DNA from: an uncultured Candidatus Saccharibacteria bacterium
GTDB taxonomy: Bacteria; Patescibacteriota; Minisyncoccia; SW-4-49-11
NCBI GenBank assembly: GCA_964646465.1
Contig: CAZYEN010000015.1
Span: forward strand, 1-63,987
DNA: 63,987 nt
Direction: 5' to 3'
The notes beneath the pieces are model-generated. The model worked only from the letters and a program-made list of their open reading frames with translations, ran no database searches and was not told the DNA's origin. Shown in pieces: positions 36,613 to 47,822 of this stretch (positions are counted from its first letter, which is position 1; each line of letters opens with the position of its first letter). Both the position numbers and the translations under genes were made by a program.

Positions 36613-38115
36613 CTACCCCTCACCTCCTAATGGGCTGTCTTGTTTGATTTTAGCGATTCTTTTATAGACCATTTCGGCACTAATTAACTGGATTGGGACT
36701 CCAATTCCTGGATTGGTACCGGCTCCGACATAATATAAGTTTTTGACTTTTTTGGAATAATTATTTGGTCTGAAGATAGCTGTTTGATTAATAGTATGGG
36801 CAAGTCCGAGAGCGGTTCCTTTATAAGCATTATAATCTTGCTGGAAGTCTTTGACACTATATAGTCTTTTATAGATAATCCTGTCTTTCAGGTCTGTAAT
36901 ATCCATCTCTTCCTGCATAATAGTTAGGATTTTATCGGCATAAGCTTCAAGATGCTCTTCAGTATATTCCAATCCTGCTGCAATAGGTACTAGTACGAAT
37001 AAATTTTCATCTCCTTCTGGAGCTACGCTAGGGTCGGTTTTAGATGGAGCACAGACATATAGAGATGGATCTTCCGGCCACATTGGATCATCGAATATTT
37101 GTTTGAAGTTAGTTTTCCAATCTTTTGAGAATAGTAGATTATGATGTACTAAACTGTCTACCTTACCTTTTATTCCTAGATACATAATCAAGGCTGATGG
37201 CGCTAGGACTTTTTTATCCCAATATTTTTCATCATATTGTCTATTTTCGGCTGGTAATAAATTCATCTCCGTATGAGTCATATCGGCATTAGAGACAACT
37301 ATATCGGCTTTGACTATTTCTCTTGATTCTAATTCTACTCCTACGGCTTTGCCTTGCTCAACTATAATTTGCTTTACACCATTTCCGCTGACTAGGTTAA
37401 CCCCGTTCTTCTTAGCTATATTAACTAAAGCTTCGGTAATTTTATACATACCTCCTTGTGGGTAAAATACTCCCATATTAAAGTCAATATGATTCATTAT
37501 ACTGTATAGAGCTGGGGTATTATATGGGGAGCTTCCGAGGAACACGAGTGGATATTGTAGTACTTTTTTTACTAAATCATGCTTAAAATATTTACTGACA
37601 TAGGCATCCATATCACTGAATACTGATAATTTGGAGCCTTCTATCATTGTCCTGAAGTTGATAAAATCAAAAATAGAATCATAATTCTTATACATAAAAC
37701 CTTCTTTGGCAATTTCATATTGCTGGCGGGCCTTATCTAAATATTCTTTTAGTTTATCCCCTGCCCCCGGTTCTAATTCTTCCAAAACAGGAATATCCCG
37801 CTCCAAATCAGAGAACATATCGATGACTTTATTATCATCTTTGAAAAATATTCTATACGATGGTTCCAGTCTAATTAACTCTAGATGATCTTCCACCTTC
37901 TCTCCCATAAATTCAAAAAAGTTCTCAAATACATCGGGCATCAGATACCAAGATGGGCCCATATCAAACCTAAACCTTTCAGCTTCAAAAATATTAGCTC
38001 TACCTCCTAGATTTTGGTTTTTCTCGTATAGACTGACTTCATAACCTTTACGGGCTAGAATACAAGCGGTAGCTAATCCCCCTATTCCCCCACCTATAAT
38101 GATGACTTTTTGCAT
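36613..38115 (-). CDS. Phytoene desaturase-family carotenoid desaturase (CrtI/CrtD-like)
   Basis: N-terminal IIIGGGIGGLATA FAD motif, the C-terminal YYVGAGTNPGIGVP CrtI signature, 500 aa. Confidence 0.85.
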   Translation of the reverse strand: MQKVIIIGGGIGGLATACILARKGYEVSLYEKNQNLGGRANIFEAERFRFDMGPSWYLMPDVFENFFEFMGEKVEDHLELIRLEPSYRIFFKDDNKVIDMFSDLERDIPVLEELEPGAGDKLKEYLDKARQQYEIAKEGFMYKNYDSIFDFINFRTMIEGSKLSVFSDMDAYVSKYFKHDLVKKVLQYPLVFLGSSPYNTPALYSIMNHIDFNMGVFYPQGGMYKITEALVNIAKKNGVNLVSGNGVKQIIVEQGKAVGVELESREIVKADIVVSNADMTHTEMNLLPAENRQYDEKYWDKKVLAPSALIMYLGIKGKVDSLVHHNLLFSKDWKTNFKQIFDDPMWPEDPSLYVCAPSKTDPSVAPEGDENLFVLVPIAAGLEYTEEHLEAYADKILTIMQEEMDITDLKDRIIYKRLYSVKDFQQDYNAYKGTALGLAHTINQTAIFRPNNYSKKVKNLYYVGAGTNPGIGVPIQLISAEMVYKRIAKIKQDSPLGGEG

Positions 38116-38196
38116 ATTATTACTGATTTAACTTTATATTTTTATTATAGCATAAATTAAGATATAAAAGTATGTTATAATATGACTTAGTTTACT

Positions 38197-38400
38197 ATGC
38201 ACATTAACATGGCTAACTGGCAACTTTTACTTGTTTTTTCGTGCATAATATTTCTAGTATCTTTAGTTAGTTTAATATTTCACCTCAAAACTCCTAAAAA
38301 TATTAGGGAAAATAGTAAAATTCAACCGTTTATTTTTATGTTTGCAGTATCTATTGGCAGCTTACTGATGTCAATCTTGTTCCTTTATCTTGATAGATAA
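38197..38400 (+). CDS. Small two-TM membrane protein
   Basis: 67 aa with two hydrophobic helices. Confidence 0.4.
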   Translation: MHINMANWQLLLVFSCIIFLVSLVSLIFHLKTPKNIRENSKIQPFIFMFAVSIGSLLMSILFLYLDR

Positions 38401-38608
38401 AGATATGTATTAATTTAACAAATGCCTCGCATTACTTTATTGCGGTGCTTATTTTAAACTATAAAACTCTGATTTTATGCAGACTCATAGCTTTGAATAG
38501 TAATTATATGTTGTAATGTCAAATTATTGAGGAGATATTGGTTAATAAAAGTAATTTATTAACCAATATAACTCTTATTTTAGTTGATGTTAGTTTGCAG
38601 CTACACCT

Positions 38609-38929
38609 TTATTCAATTGAGTTTGTAGATGGGATCATATCTGAAGAAGGTATTGTATTTTCTGGGGATAATATAGTATCACTAACTTCAGACTCTAAAA
38701 TAGGAGATTCGTCACTTGACTTAATAGTAGAATCATTTAATGTATCATCTAATTCAAAAGTATTGTCCTCAGGAGATACTCCTATAATAATATCATCAGT
38801 AGTATTATTGATAGCTTCAAACTCTAAATTAGAAAATTGTCCGTATAAAATTAATGCTGATGAGATAATAGCAAATACTAACAAAAGATATGCCATTGGA
38901 TTACTGAGTTTTGTCTTCAAGATTTTCAT
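38609..38929 (-). CDS. Membrane-anchored acidic Ser/Thr/Glu-rich protein
   Basis: An N-terminal TM helix (AYLLLVFAIISSALILYG) is followed by a low-complexity acidic ectodomain whose composition matches the protein at 59339-59770. I prefer it to the fully overlapping plus-strand ORF 38538-38933. Confidence 0.5.
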   Translation of the reverse strand: MKILKTKLSNPMAYLLLVFAIISSALILYGQFSNLEFEAINNTTDDIIIGVSPEDNTFELDDTLNDSTIKSSDESPILESEVSDTILSPENTIPSSDMIPSTNSIE

Positions 38930-39056
38930 ATAATTTATATTTATTAATAATTACATATTAATTATAATATATATTGTTTTTTTATTCAAGTAAATATATA
39001 CCCTATGTGGTAAAACCCTAATAATTATGGTATAATTTTAGAAATTGTTATATTAT

Positions 39057-40367
39057 ATGGTGAGAAAATTTATAAAAAAACAATATAATAGCTCTCTTTT
39101 CAGAGGAGGTATGATTATGTTTGTGAGCTCTTTTGGAGTGGGAGCTTTGAATTATATTTTTAATATTGTAGTAGCTAGAATTTTGGACAAGGAACAATTT
39201 GGAGCCTTTTCTAGTCTTTTTTCTCTTTTGACTATTTTATTAATTCTAGGCGGAGGTATTAGTTTGGTGTTAATAAAATTCTCAGCTGTATTATATGCTA
39301 AACAAGATGATGCTGCTTTAGCTAACTTTATTAGACTTGCTTTCTACTATTTGGGGCTTTCTTCGATTGTGCTAATGATTATATTTGGAGTGGCGAGTCC
39401 ATTTATATATGATTTCTTGAAATTAGAATCTTTTGGACCTCTGATTATATTGGCATTATCCATTGGACTAGCTCTAACTGGTTCAGTAGGTGGAAGTGTT
39501 CTTAAAGGAATACAACATTTTGCTCAATCTTCTGGCTCAAGTATTGTTGGAGCTATCGCAAAAATACTAGCTTTAATATTATTTACACTACCATTTTGGC
39601 CTATGTCTTCTGTGACTGGCGCCATGCTATCTGTCCCAGCCTCAGCTGTGATTATGATTGGGTTAGATATGTTTTTCTTAAAAGATATTTTGGCTAAATA
39701 TAATCCTAATAAACCGAAATTGCCTCATTTTGCTTGGAAGGATATGTTAGTCTACAGTATCCCTGCTACTATAGCTGTATTAGGAATTACTATGCTCAAT
39801 TCTATTGATGTAATACTTGCCAGAAACTATCTGACCGCCGAGGCTTCTGGAGATTATGCTGCTCTAGCGACTTTAGGTAAAATTATATTCTTTGCAACTT
39901 CTGCCATACCAATGGCTATGTTCCCAATAGTTTCCGCTCGACATGCGGTTAATGAACCTCATCGAAAAATGCTTTTTGCTTCTTTGGGAGTGGTAAGTTT
40001 GATGAGTTTAGGAGCTTTCGGAGTATATCAGTTTTTTTCTGAATTTATTGTAAATCTTTTAATAGGTGAAAAGTTTTTACCTATTGCACCTCTATTAGGT
40101 AAATTTGCTCTCATTATGGGTATGTATTCTTTGATTAATGTGTTAGTTAATTATTATTTGTCTATTCAAAAATATACTTTGAGCATCTTGCCAATTTTGG
40201 CTAGCTTTGCTTTGGTATTTATGCTAAGATACAACCCTAACTCTATAGAACAAGTTGTCAATACTGTGTTTTGGAATATGACTGGGCTATTCGTAGTCAC
40301 TATAATCCTGAGTATTTATCAGAGTTGTAGTAAAAAAACAAAAGTTGAAAAGTTAGATTTTTTGTGA
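39057..40367 (+). CDS. Oligosaccharide/polysaccharide flippase (Wzx/MOP superfamily)
   Basis: About 12-14 TM helices with a polysaccharide-biosynthesis-protein layout. ATG 39057 is preferred because TGGTATAAT (39027-39035) is too close to the TTG at 39045. Confidence 0.65.
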   Translation: MVRKFIKKQYNSSLFRGGMIMFVSSFGVGALNYIFNIVVARILDKEQFGAFSSLFSLLTILLILGGGISLVLIKFSAVLYAKQDDAALANFIRLAFYYLGLSSIVLMIIFGVASPFIYDFLKLESFGPLIILALSIGLALTGSVGGSVLKGIQHFAQSSGSSIVGAIAKILALILFTLPFWPMSSVTGAMLSVPASAVIMIGLDMFFLKDILAKYNPNKPKLPHFAWKDMLVYSIPATIAVLGITMLNSIDVILARNYLTAEASGDYAALATLGKIIFFATSAIPMAMFPIVSARHAVNEPHRKMLFASLGVVSLMSLGAFGVYQFFSEFIVNLLIGEKFLPIAPLLGKFALIMGMYSLINVLVNYYLSIQKYTLSILPILASFALVFMLRYNPNSIEQVVNTVFWNMTGLFVVTIILSIYQSCSKKTKVEKLDFL

Positions 40368-40407
40368 TATATTGAGTTTACATTTTATGTTCTTTTTGGA
40401 GAATTTT

Positions 40408-40689
40408 ATGCAATTAAGACAATGGTTTTCTGATCGACTACCAAACCCTAGAAGCTCAATAGAAGAAGATGTTAGGAATTTACTAATCAGCTTTATATAC
40501 GAATATTATATTAAATATAATAGATTTGTTACAGTAGTTGAAATTTGGGATATGTTTCAAAAGCATCCTAGCATTAGGAATCATAATGATTATAAAATAT
40601 ATCTTCTAGTTATCTTAGGTAACTGCAAAGCTAATGATAAACTGTATTTAGATGCGTCCCATAATATAATTCAAATTGAACCCGGGTGA
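40408..40689 (+). CDS. Hypothetical protein
   Basis: GGAG lies 8 nt upstream of ATG 40408. A strong terminator directly overlaps the stop. Confidence 0.45.
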   Translation: MQLRQWFSDRLPNPRSSIEEDVRNLLISFIYEYYIKYNRFVTVVEIWDMFQKHPSIRNHNDYKIYLLVILGNCKANDKLYLDASHNIIQIEPG

Positions 40690-40709
40690 CACTTATGCAC
40701 TCGGGTTTT
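40681..40709 (+). terminator. Rho-independent terminator
   Basis: CCCGGGTG (40681-40688) pairs with CACTCGGG (40698-40705, one G-U pair), followed by TTTT. Confidence 0.65.
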
Positions 40710-41286
40710 AAACTTATAAGAAAAACACCAGCTTAAGAAGGAATGGGTATGTGGTTATTTGGACTCCCTTTGGAGAAGTGCTCTATTTTGTCCTCCCTTG
40801 GGGTAGGTAGTCTCTCCTATATTATATTTAGGAGAGACCGGAATAGGACTAAGCTATAAAAAGTGAACCTTATAATTTATTTGTTTTACTAAATTTTAGA
40901 TAGAAAAAATCTGGCCACGAGGTGGTCAGATTAGAGAAAGGGTAAACCTAGATTTTGAAGTCTTATAAGCTTCTTCTTACAATGAGCTAGAGTTCTTTGC
41001 TCACACAAAGATATATTTTTTTATCCTCTATGGCCTCTATTATATACCGTACTCTGATTATTTCAGACTTAATGTTTCTTTTTGAGTTTGGAATAGTAAA
41101 CCCAGTTGCTTCCATTTTTTTAGGGCACACCAAAAATTATTCTATCACAACTATCTTTTTTGTCAATAGTATATATTGAATTAATAAAAACTCTCCTTAG
41201 TTTACCCAAGGAGAGTTATACAATTATTTTTTCAACACAAACACAATATATTGCTGGAATTTATCTATAATATAGAATTTTTTGAT

Positions 41287-41490
41287 CTAATAAAGTGCTT
41301 TTAAGGTGCTTTTATTTATAAAATTTTGACCTATTTTTTGCAGCTGTTTAGCAACAAATTGCATTTCTAGATTAGGAATTCTATAATGATGCAATACTCC
41401 TAGACCTAGTAAGAGTAGAAGTAAAGAAAATACATCTCTTTTTTTTAGATCTTGATGAGATAAATTGTTGTTGGACATTGATTTCGACAA
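41287..41490 (-). CDS. Small membrane protein (67 aa)
   Basis: One TM helix (VFSLLLLLLGLGVL). It is followed by a perfect 10-bp hairpin AACTCTCCTT/AAGGAGAGTT (41189-41217) plus a T-run. Confidence 0.35.
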   Translation of the reverse strand: MSKSMSNNNLSHQDLKKRDVFSLLLLLLGLGVLHHYRIPNLEMQFVAKQLQKIGQNFINKSTLKALY

Positions 41491-41594
41491 TGATAGCCGA
41501 CATATTTATAACATAAATACTCCAGTTTGTAAAGTTTAATTTGACAAAAAGATAAGTTTTATGTATTGTATATAGGCATTTTGCAATAAGTATA

Positions 41595-41810
41595 ATGTCA
41601 GTTCTAACCTGTGAAATAAATATAATTTTAAAAAACATAGACAATATTTTAAGAGATCAACATACTTTAAATAGTAACGAATTAGACAACACAATACAAA
41701 GTATCCAAGATAGAATTCTTATTTTAAGAAAAAGGTATAAAGATAATAAAAATGAAATAAATTTATTAGATGAAAGATTAGATAGCACATTAAGTGTTTT
41801 AAGTCTTTAG
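41595..41810 (+). CDS. Small coiled-coil protein (71 aa)
   Basis: Heptad-like sequence. It is followed by a perfect 10-bp hairpin AAACCCACCT/AGGTGGGTTT (41813-41841), shared with the convergent murI. Confidence 0.35.
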   Translation: MSVLTCEINIILKNIDNILRDQHTLNSNELDNTIQSIQDRILILRKRYKDNKNEINLLDERLDSTLSVLSL

Positions 41811-41839
41811 ATAAACCCACCTGAAAATTATAGGTGGGT

Positions 41840-42523
41840 TTAGGTTTTATGTCTCTCTACATAATCCAATACTCTATTGGCTATATACTGACTAGGATCT
41901 AGGATCTGAGATACTTTTAAAATATTTTGAATTTGTGTTGCTATATAGCCATAATGAGTGCAGGCAAGTATTATATAATTTAATTTATTTGTAATATTTT
42001 TTGATAAATTTTGTAATATTCTGAGAGATTCAGTATATTCTATGTCTTGATTAGCTATGTCTTGCTCTATTGCATCTGCTAAATTTGGGCAAGATAAATA
42101 ATCTAATCTATATCCTGCCTTTGCTAAATATTCTTGATAAAAGCCAGTTTTAATAGTTGCTTGTGTGGCTAATAAAAGACCTTTTTGAATTTTAAGTTCT
42201 GGCAATATATCCAAATACTCTCTTAATGGGACTGTCACTCCTAATACTTGTTTACTTGGATAGTTTTGTGGGAGCCAAGTAGATTGTATATATCTGATTG
42301 TAGTGACTGAAGCGGTATTACAAGCTAGAATAACTAGATTACAATCTTGATTAAATAATTTTTCTATTCCAGCTATGACTATGTTTATAATCTGTTCTGC
42401 GGTTTTATCTCCTAATGGCAAAGATTCTCGGTCTTGATAGCAAATATAAGGAATATCTGAGGCTTCCCCAAACATATCAGCTATTCTCTGCCCACCCATA
42501 CCGCTATCATAAAAGCCTATCAT
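41840..42523 (-). CDS. murI: Glutamate racemase (short form)
   Basis: DSGMGG, LACNTAS and ILACTHY catalytic-Cys blocks. Length is 227 aa. Confidence 0.8.
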   Translation of the reverse strand: MIGFYDSGMGGQRIADMFGEASDIPYICYQDRESLPLGDKTAEQIINIVIAGIEKLFNQDCNLVILACNTASVTTIRYIQSTWLPQNYPSKQVLGVTVPLREYLDILPELKIQKGLLLATQATIKTGFYQEYLAKAGYRLDYLSCPNLADAIEQDIANQDIEYTESLRILQNLSKNITNKLNYIILACTHYGYIATQIQNILKVSQILDPSQYIANRVLDYVERHKT

Positions 42524-43407
42524 AAATTTTTTAATACTTGATGCATTATCTTTTCTGACTTGGTACTGTTGGGCTCAGGGTGAAATTCTAATTCTCTATC
42601 ATCTACTTGGATTCTATTATGTAAATTAGATTGAATAGGGTTTGATTTGATTTTTTGTCTTTGTATAAGTTTAGCAATATAATTCCAAAAATCTACTGAA
42701 AAATGATTAAAAATATTTTCTAACCAGTATTTGATTGGATATGGTTTGATCTGGCTTAAAATTGGATACTCTCTCGACACTGCCTGTCTGAGATAATCTT
42801 GTCTCCAAGTATTAGCTTGCCAAAATTTTTGTAATAATACTTGAGAATCAAGGCCTATAGCAATGTAATCTGAGTATAATTGAGCTGCATATAGAGTATA
42901 GTCTAAGCGTTCAAGGTTATTGTCGGTAATATAATGATTCAAACAAAATCTATTTTCTTCTAATTCCCCTGCCCGCCTAATACCTAAAGCTTGAGTAATT
43001 ATGGTTAAAAAAAATCTAGCAAACCACATTCGCTTAGGGTTAGTAACTATAAATATATCTATATCACTACTCTTCTTGGCATTGCCAGTACTAAAGCTAG
43101 ATGAACCGGCTAAAAATATACCTTTAATATACGGGATACTAATCAAAATTTTGGCATACTTGATAACTCGTCTATATCGTCTGATACTTTCGCGTCCTTT
43201 TTCTTGCCTTAAATTTAACAATTCTTCAAAATCTATATAAAGTCCATATAATCCATTTTCTGTTCTGATTTGGGGAATTTTAGCTATCTCTAAAACTAAT
43301 TCTGATAGTGAATACTTACTTCCAATTTGATATCTATATATTTCCTCTAAGGTAAATAATCTTTTCTGAGAGTTTGCATAAGCCAAAGTGCAAAGTAATG
43401 GATGCAT
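42520..43407 (-). CDS. Nucleotidyltransferase-domain protein (Pol-beta superfamily)
   Basis: GSSSFSTGNAKKSSDIDIFIVT fits the G[SG]-x(n)-D-x-D NTase motif. There is a 4-nt overlap with murI. Confidence 0.55.
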   Translation of the reverse strand: MHPLLCTLAYANSQKRLFTLEEIYRYQIGSKYSLSELVLEIAKIPQIRTENGLYGLYIDFEELLNLRQEKGRESIRRYRRVIKYAKILISIPYIKGIFLAGSSSFSTGNAKKSSDIDIFIVTNPKRMWFARFFLTIITQALGIRRAGELEENRFCLNHYITDNNLERLDYTLYAAQLYSDYIAIGLDSQVLLQKFWQANTWRQDYLRQAVSREYPILSQIKPYPIKYWLENIFNHFSVDFWNYIAKLIQRQKIKSNPIQSNLHNRIQVDDRELEFHPEPNSTKSEKIMHQVLKNL

Positions 43408-43443
43408 ACTTTAGTGATTTTAATTATCTTTATTATATCACAC

Positions 43444-46287
43444 TTATAAAAGTGGCTTGAGGTATTTACCTGTATGACTGTTTGCATTCTTGGCGATTTG
43501 CTTTGGAGTACCTTCTGCAACTACCATTCCTCCTTTAGCTCCTCCTTCCGGTCCAATATCTATTATATGATCGGAGCTCTTTATAATATCCAAATTATGC
43601 TCAATGATTAAAATGGTATTACCTTTATCTGCTAGCTGATTCAAAACTCTTAATAATTTGGCGACATCCTCAAAGTGTAGTCCCGTGGTTGGCTCATCTA
43701 AAATATACAAAGTCTTACCAGTTGCTCGTTTGGATAACTCAGTGGCTAATTTAATTCTCTGGGCTTCTCCTCCAGATAAATGTGGGGCTGGCTGTCCTAA
43801 TTTCATATAACCGAGTCCAACATCATAAAGTGTAGCTAATTTGTCTTTTAAGCTTGGAATAGATTTAAAGAACTCTAAGGCTGTCTCGACATCCATATCT
43901 AGAACATCAGCTATACTCTTATCTTTATATAGTATTTGCAAGACTTCTTTATTATATCTTTTACCATGACAATCTTCACAGTCTACATAAATATCTGGCA
44001 AGAAATTCATCTCAATCTTGAGTACTCCGTCTCCTTTACAAGTCTCACATCTTCCCCCTTTGACATTAAAACTAAATCTCCCTGTCTGATATCCTTTCAG
44101 CTGAGCTTCTGGAGTTTTAGCAAATAAATCTCTTACTATAGTAAATAGTCCAGTATAAGTTGCAGGGTTTGACCTTGGAGTTCTACCAATTGGTGATTGG
44201 TCAATATTAACCATTTTATCTATATTCTCAAGCCCAGTAATGTCTTTGAATTTACCTGGTAAATCTTTAGCTCCATATCGAATATGGGCAATATGTTTAT
44301 ATAGAATATCTTGTATCAAGGTACTTTTACCCGATCCTGAAACTCCAGTCACACAAACCATCTGCCCCAATGGAATCGTTACATCTATATTTTTAAGATT
44401 ATTCTCGGCGGCACCTTTAATAATAATAGATTGTCCATTGTTTTCACGATATTTTTTAGGTGGGGCAATTACTCGTCTACCGGATAAATATTCTGCTGTT
44501 ATACCTTCTTGATTTATAAAATCATCTGGATGACCCTGAGCAATAATTCTTCCTCCGGCTGCTCCAGCTCCTGGACCGACATCTATAACATAATCTGAAG
44601 CTCTAATAGTGTCTTCGTCATGCTCTACTACAATCACTGTATTACCTAAGTCTCTCAAGTTTTGTAAGGTTTGAATCAAACGGTTATTATCGCGCTGATG
44701 TAGACCAATAGATGGCTCATCTAGGATATATAGAACTCCCATTAACCCTGAACCAATTTGAGTAGCTAAACGAATTCGCTGGGCTTCTCCTCCGGAAAGT
44801 GTATTACTAGACCTATCTAGGGTGAGATAATCTAATCCTACATTGAGTAAAAACTTTAATCTTGATTGAATTTCTTTAAAAATTGGGGTGCTAATGGCAA
44901 TATCTCTTTCATTAAAATACTCTCTATTATTTTGCACTTTATCAACATAAGCAGATAATTCATCGATACTCATATTGACTATCTGGTCAATAGTTTTATG
45001 AGCTACTTGTACAGCTAAAAATTGTTTTTTTAACCTTTTTCCATTACAGGTAGGACAAATTGTGTTGAGCATATATTTTTCAATCTCAGATCGAATGAAT
45101 TCTGAATCTGTTTCTTGATATCTTCTCAATAAATTAGGAATTACTCCTTCATAAGTAGCTTCTACGGTGTGAGAACCTGAACGAATAGGGACTTTAATTG
45201 GAGTTTCAGATCCATATAAAACAAAATTTAAATCTTCTGGCTTAAGTTCTTGTACTGGTATTGTCAAACTAATACCTTTCATTTCTGCCACAGTTTCCAA
45301 AACTTTCATATACCAACCAAAAGCCCCTTTTTGTTTCCCTACTCCCCATGGTTTGATAGCTCCTTGATTAATAGTTAGTCTAGGATTTGGGATCACTAAA
45401 TCTGGTGAGATTTCTGGAGTATATCCAAGACCATCACAAGTATTACACGCTCCATGTGGACTATTAAATGAAAAGTTTCTAGTCTCTAATTCTCCAAAAC
45501 TCTCACCTGAGTCCATAATATATTTCTCACTCATTAATTCATCGTGATAAATATTTTTATTTCTATCCAAAATTTCTGAGACTATCAGCATTCCCTCCCC
45601 TAATCTAAGGGCTATTTCTACTGAGTCTAAAACTCTAGCACCTTCAAATCCAGATGATTCTAGAAGTCTATCTATCACTAATTCAATAGAATGTTTCTTT
45701 TGTTTATCTAAATTCAATTCCAAAGCTTCTTCAGTCAAATAAATAATTCCATCTACTCTCACTCTCATAAAGCCATCTTGAAATGCTTTTTGAATTATCC
45801 CTTTATGTTCTCCTTTTTTATCTCTAATTACTGGAGCTAAAATTATTATTTGTTTGTCTTTAAATCTAGAAATATTATCTGCCATTTGTTTGGCGTCTTG
45901 CATTCGGATTAATTCACCTGTTTCTGGATTAAATGGTATACCTACTCTGGCATATAACAATCTCAAGTAATCATAAATTTCGGTCACCGTACCTACAGTA
46001 GATCTTGGGTTTCTAGAAACACTTTTCTGATCAATAGAAATGGCTGGAGACAAACCTTCTATTACATCCACGTCTGGCTTATCCATAATACCTAAAAACT
46101 GCCTCGCATAAGCAGATAGACTTTCTACATAACGTCTCTGACCCTCTGCATAAATTGTGTCAAATGCAAGCGAGGATTTACCAGAACCAGACAAACCTGT
46201 GATAACCACAAGCTTATCTCTTGGAATAGTAATGTCTATATTCTTTAGATTATGTACTCTAGCTCCTTTGATCCGAATTTCATTCAT
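43444..46287 (-). CDS. uvrA: Excinuclease ABC subunit A
   Basis: Two ABC modules ([23 protein letters not shown] twice) and Zn-finger CxxC pairs. Length is 947 aa. Confidence 0.95.
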   Translation of the reverse strand: MNEIRIKGARVHNLKNIDITIPRDKLVVITGLSGSGKSSLAFDTIYAEGQRRYVESLSAYARQFLGIMDKPDVDVIEGLSPAISIDQKSVSRNPRSTVGTVTEIYDYLRLLYARVGIPFNPETGELIRMQDAKQMADNISRFKDKQIIILAPVIRDKKGEHKGIIQKAFQDGFMRVRVDGIIYLTEEALELNLDKQKKHSIELVIDRLLESSGFEGARVLDSVEIALRLGEGMLIVSEILDRNKNIYHDELMSEKYIMDSGESFGELETRNFSFNSPHGACNTCDGLGYTPEISPDLVIPNPRLTINQGAIKPWGVGKQKGAFGWYMKVLETVAEMKGISLTIPVQELKPEDLNFVLYGSETPIKVPIRSGSHTVEATYEGVIPNLLRRYQETDSEFIRSEIEKYMLNTICPTCNGKRLKKQFLAVQVAHKTIDQIVNMSIDELSAYVDKVQNNREYFNERDIAISTPIFKEIQSRLKFLLNVGLDYLTLDRSSNTLSGGEAQRIRLATQIGSGLMGVLYILDEPSIGLHQRDNNRLIQTLQNLRDLGNTVIVVEHDEDTIRASDYVIDVGPGAGAAGGRIIAQGHPDDFINQEGITAEYLSGRRVIAPPKKYRENNGQSIIIKGAAENNLKNIDVTIPLGQMVCVTGVSGSGKSTLIQDILYKHIAHIRYGAKDLPGKFKDITGLENIDKMVNIDQSPIGRTPRSNPATYTGLFTIVRDLFAKTPEAQLKGYQTGRFSFNVKGGRCETCKGDGVLKIEMNFLPDIYVDCEDCHGKRYNKEVLQILYKDKSIADVLDMDVETALEFFKSIPSLKDKLATLYDVGLGYMKLGQPAPHLSGGEAQRIKLATELSKRATGKTLYILDEPTTGLHFEDVAKLLRVLNQLADKGNTILIIEHNLDIIKSSDHIIDIGPEGGAKGGMVVAEGTPKQIAKNANSHTGKYLKPLL

Positions 46288-46290
46288 AAA

Positions 46291-47820
46291 CTATTTTTTA
46301 GACTTAGTATTAGTGCGTACTTTTGGAGTCACCCAAAATCCTAAATATTTACCAAATAACAATCTTGTTTGAGCTTCTATGGCTGGTAAAGCTCCTAATA
46401 ATATTGCCACAAATGGAATAAAAATCCATTGTAAGTACATCATAGCGGCCCTCCATTTAGAATATCTTTTTGGTCTTGGAGGAAGTAATAAGATATTAAT
46501 ATAAGCAGTAATTATTAATCCTAATAATGTTATATTCATAATGATACTAGCATATTGAGGCAAGTTATTAGAAAAGACTGTGGCTTTAAAAGCATCCCCC
46601 CCAAACCAAATTGGGAACCAAATAAATATAGCTAGGATAAAAGCTGATGTAGCCCAAGTATAGTGCCCTTCAATCATATTCCCAATTCTACGAATTCTAT
46701 CTCCCAGAGGGGCCTTAGAGTTAATGGCATATGAACGCATTGTAGTAGCTAAATTTTCTATTCCATAAGCCCATCTACGCATTTGAAAATATTGATTTTT
46801 GAAAGCTTGTACTGGATTATGTGCCTGTACTGCATCCAGTGATACCGGAATATGAATTGGAATCACACTATAATCTCCATCATAATAATTTACACATTTC
46901 CAATAAATCACTGAGTCATCTGACACCATATTAACAGGCCAATAATTAACCTCTATTAGAGTTTTAAAACTCATAGAATGACTAGAAAAGGTAACCATAC
47001 GATCAAATCTAACAGACTCCATCATATGCCAAAAACTAGAACTAATAGCTACAACTCTAGTAAAAGCAGGTGCATCCCAAATATTATTATGATACATTGG
47101 CAAGGGCTGATAGCTATGATTGTGGGGATTTTCTGCATTCAAAAACTCATAAGTCAAAGCAGAAAAATATTTTGAATGACAGACAGTATCACTATCAAAT
47201 ACAGATATAATAGTTTGGTCTATAGCTATATTTTTTTGTTCTAAATACTCTTTCATCTGCTTGGCAGCATAGGTGGCATTAGCACCCTTAGCTTTCATCT
47301 CTCCTTCTATACCATCTGGATGAGTAGTTACAACAAACTCTCTGAATACTCCTTGGAACTTTTTAATTAAATATTTTTCTTTTTTCTCTCTAGCCTTACC
47401 TTCGCGCTCTTCAGTAGCTACCACAACAAACACCTTGTCTAGAGGATATTCCATTTTAGCTAGAGATTCAATACTTTGAGCCAATACTTCTGGAGACTCA
47501 TCATAAGTCAAGAACATCACAATATGATTAATTTCATCAAAACCTTTTAAGGATTTAGCTTGATCTAGCCAATCAATCTGTATATCACTTTTCATTTGGC
47601 GATAAGCTACCATTAAATGCACACTCAAATATACAGCCTTAAACAGCCAATATAAATCAAAAATCAACACAAATAGAGCTACTTGAAAAGGCAAAACAAA
47701 AGACAATCCAATCAAAGCTATAAATGTTCCCCAAGCTAAAATAGCCGGTAACATCTCAAAAAATCTTTGCCAAAATCTTTGAGTTGGATCATTAGTTTTT
47801 GGGTCAGGATAAATATACAT
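46291..47820 (-). CDS. Processive family-2 glycosyltransferase (cellulose/chitin-synthase-like), membrane-embedded
   Basis: A GT2 core with D, DxD (FDSD) and Q-x-x-RW (QMRRW) motifs, flanked by TM helices. Confidence 0.7.
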   Translation of the reverse strand: MYIYPDPKTNDPTQRFWQRFFEMLPAILAWGTFIALIGLSFVLPFQVALFVLIFDLYWLFKAVYLSVHLMVAYRQMKSDIQIDWLDQAKSLKGFDEINHIVMFLTYDESPEVLAQSIESLAKMEYPLDKVFVVVATEEREGKAREKKEKYLIKKFQGVFREFVVTTHPDGIEGEMKAKGANATYAAKQMKEYLEQKNIAIDQTIISVFDSDTVCHSKYFSALTYEFLNAENPHNHSYQPLPMYHNNIWDAPAFTRVVAISSSFWHMMESVRFDRMVTFSSHSMSFKTLIEVNYWPVNMVSDDSVIYWKCVNYYDGDYSVIPIHIPVSLDAVQAHNPVQAFKNQYFQMRRWAYGIENLATTMRSYAINSKAPLGDRIRRIGNMIEGHYTWATSAFILAIFIWFPIWFGGDAFKATVFSNNLPQYASIIMNITLLGLIITAYINILLLPPRPKRYSKWRAAMMYLQWIFIPFVAILLGALPAIEAQTRLLFGKYLGFWVTPKVRTNTKSKK

Positions 47821-47822
47821 AA

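Noticed and set aside
38538-38933. 131-aa plus-strand ORF fully overlapping the minus-strand ORF 38609-38929
   Set aside because: The two strands are both open because of the repetitive Asp/Ser/Ile codon content. The minus-strand product has a clean N-terminal TM anchor and resembles the protein at 59339-59770. The plus-strand ORF does have a GAGGAG near its TTG start, so this choice is not certain.
40997-41179. 60-aa plus-strand ORF
   Set aside because: It lies antisense to a reverse-strand unit that has a good promoter and terminator. Its product is hydrophobic and low-complexity, and it has no start signals.
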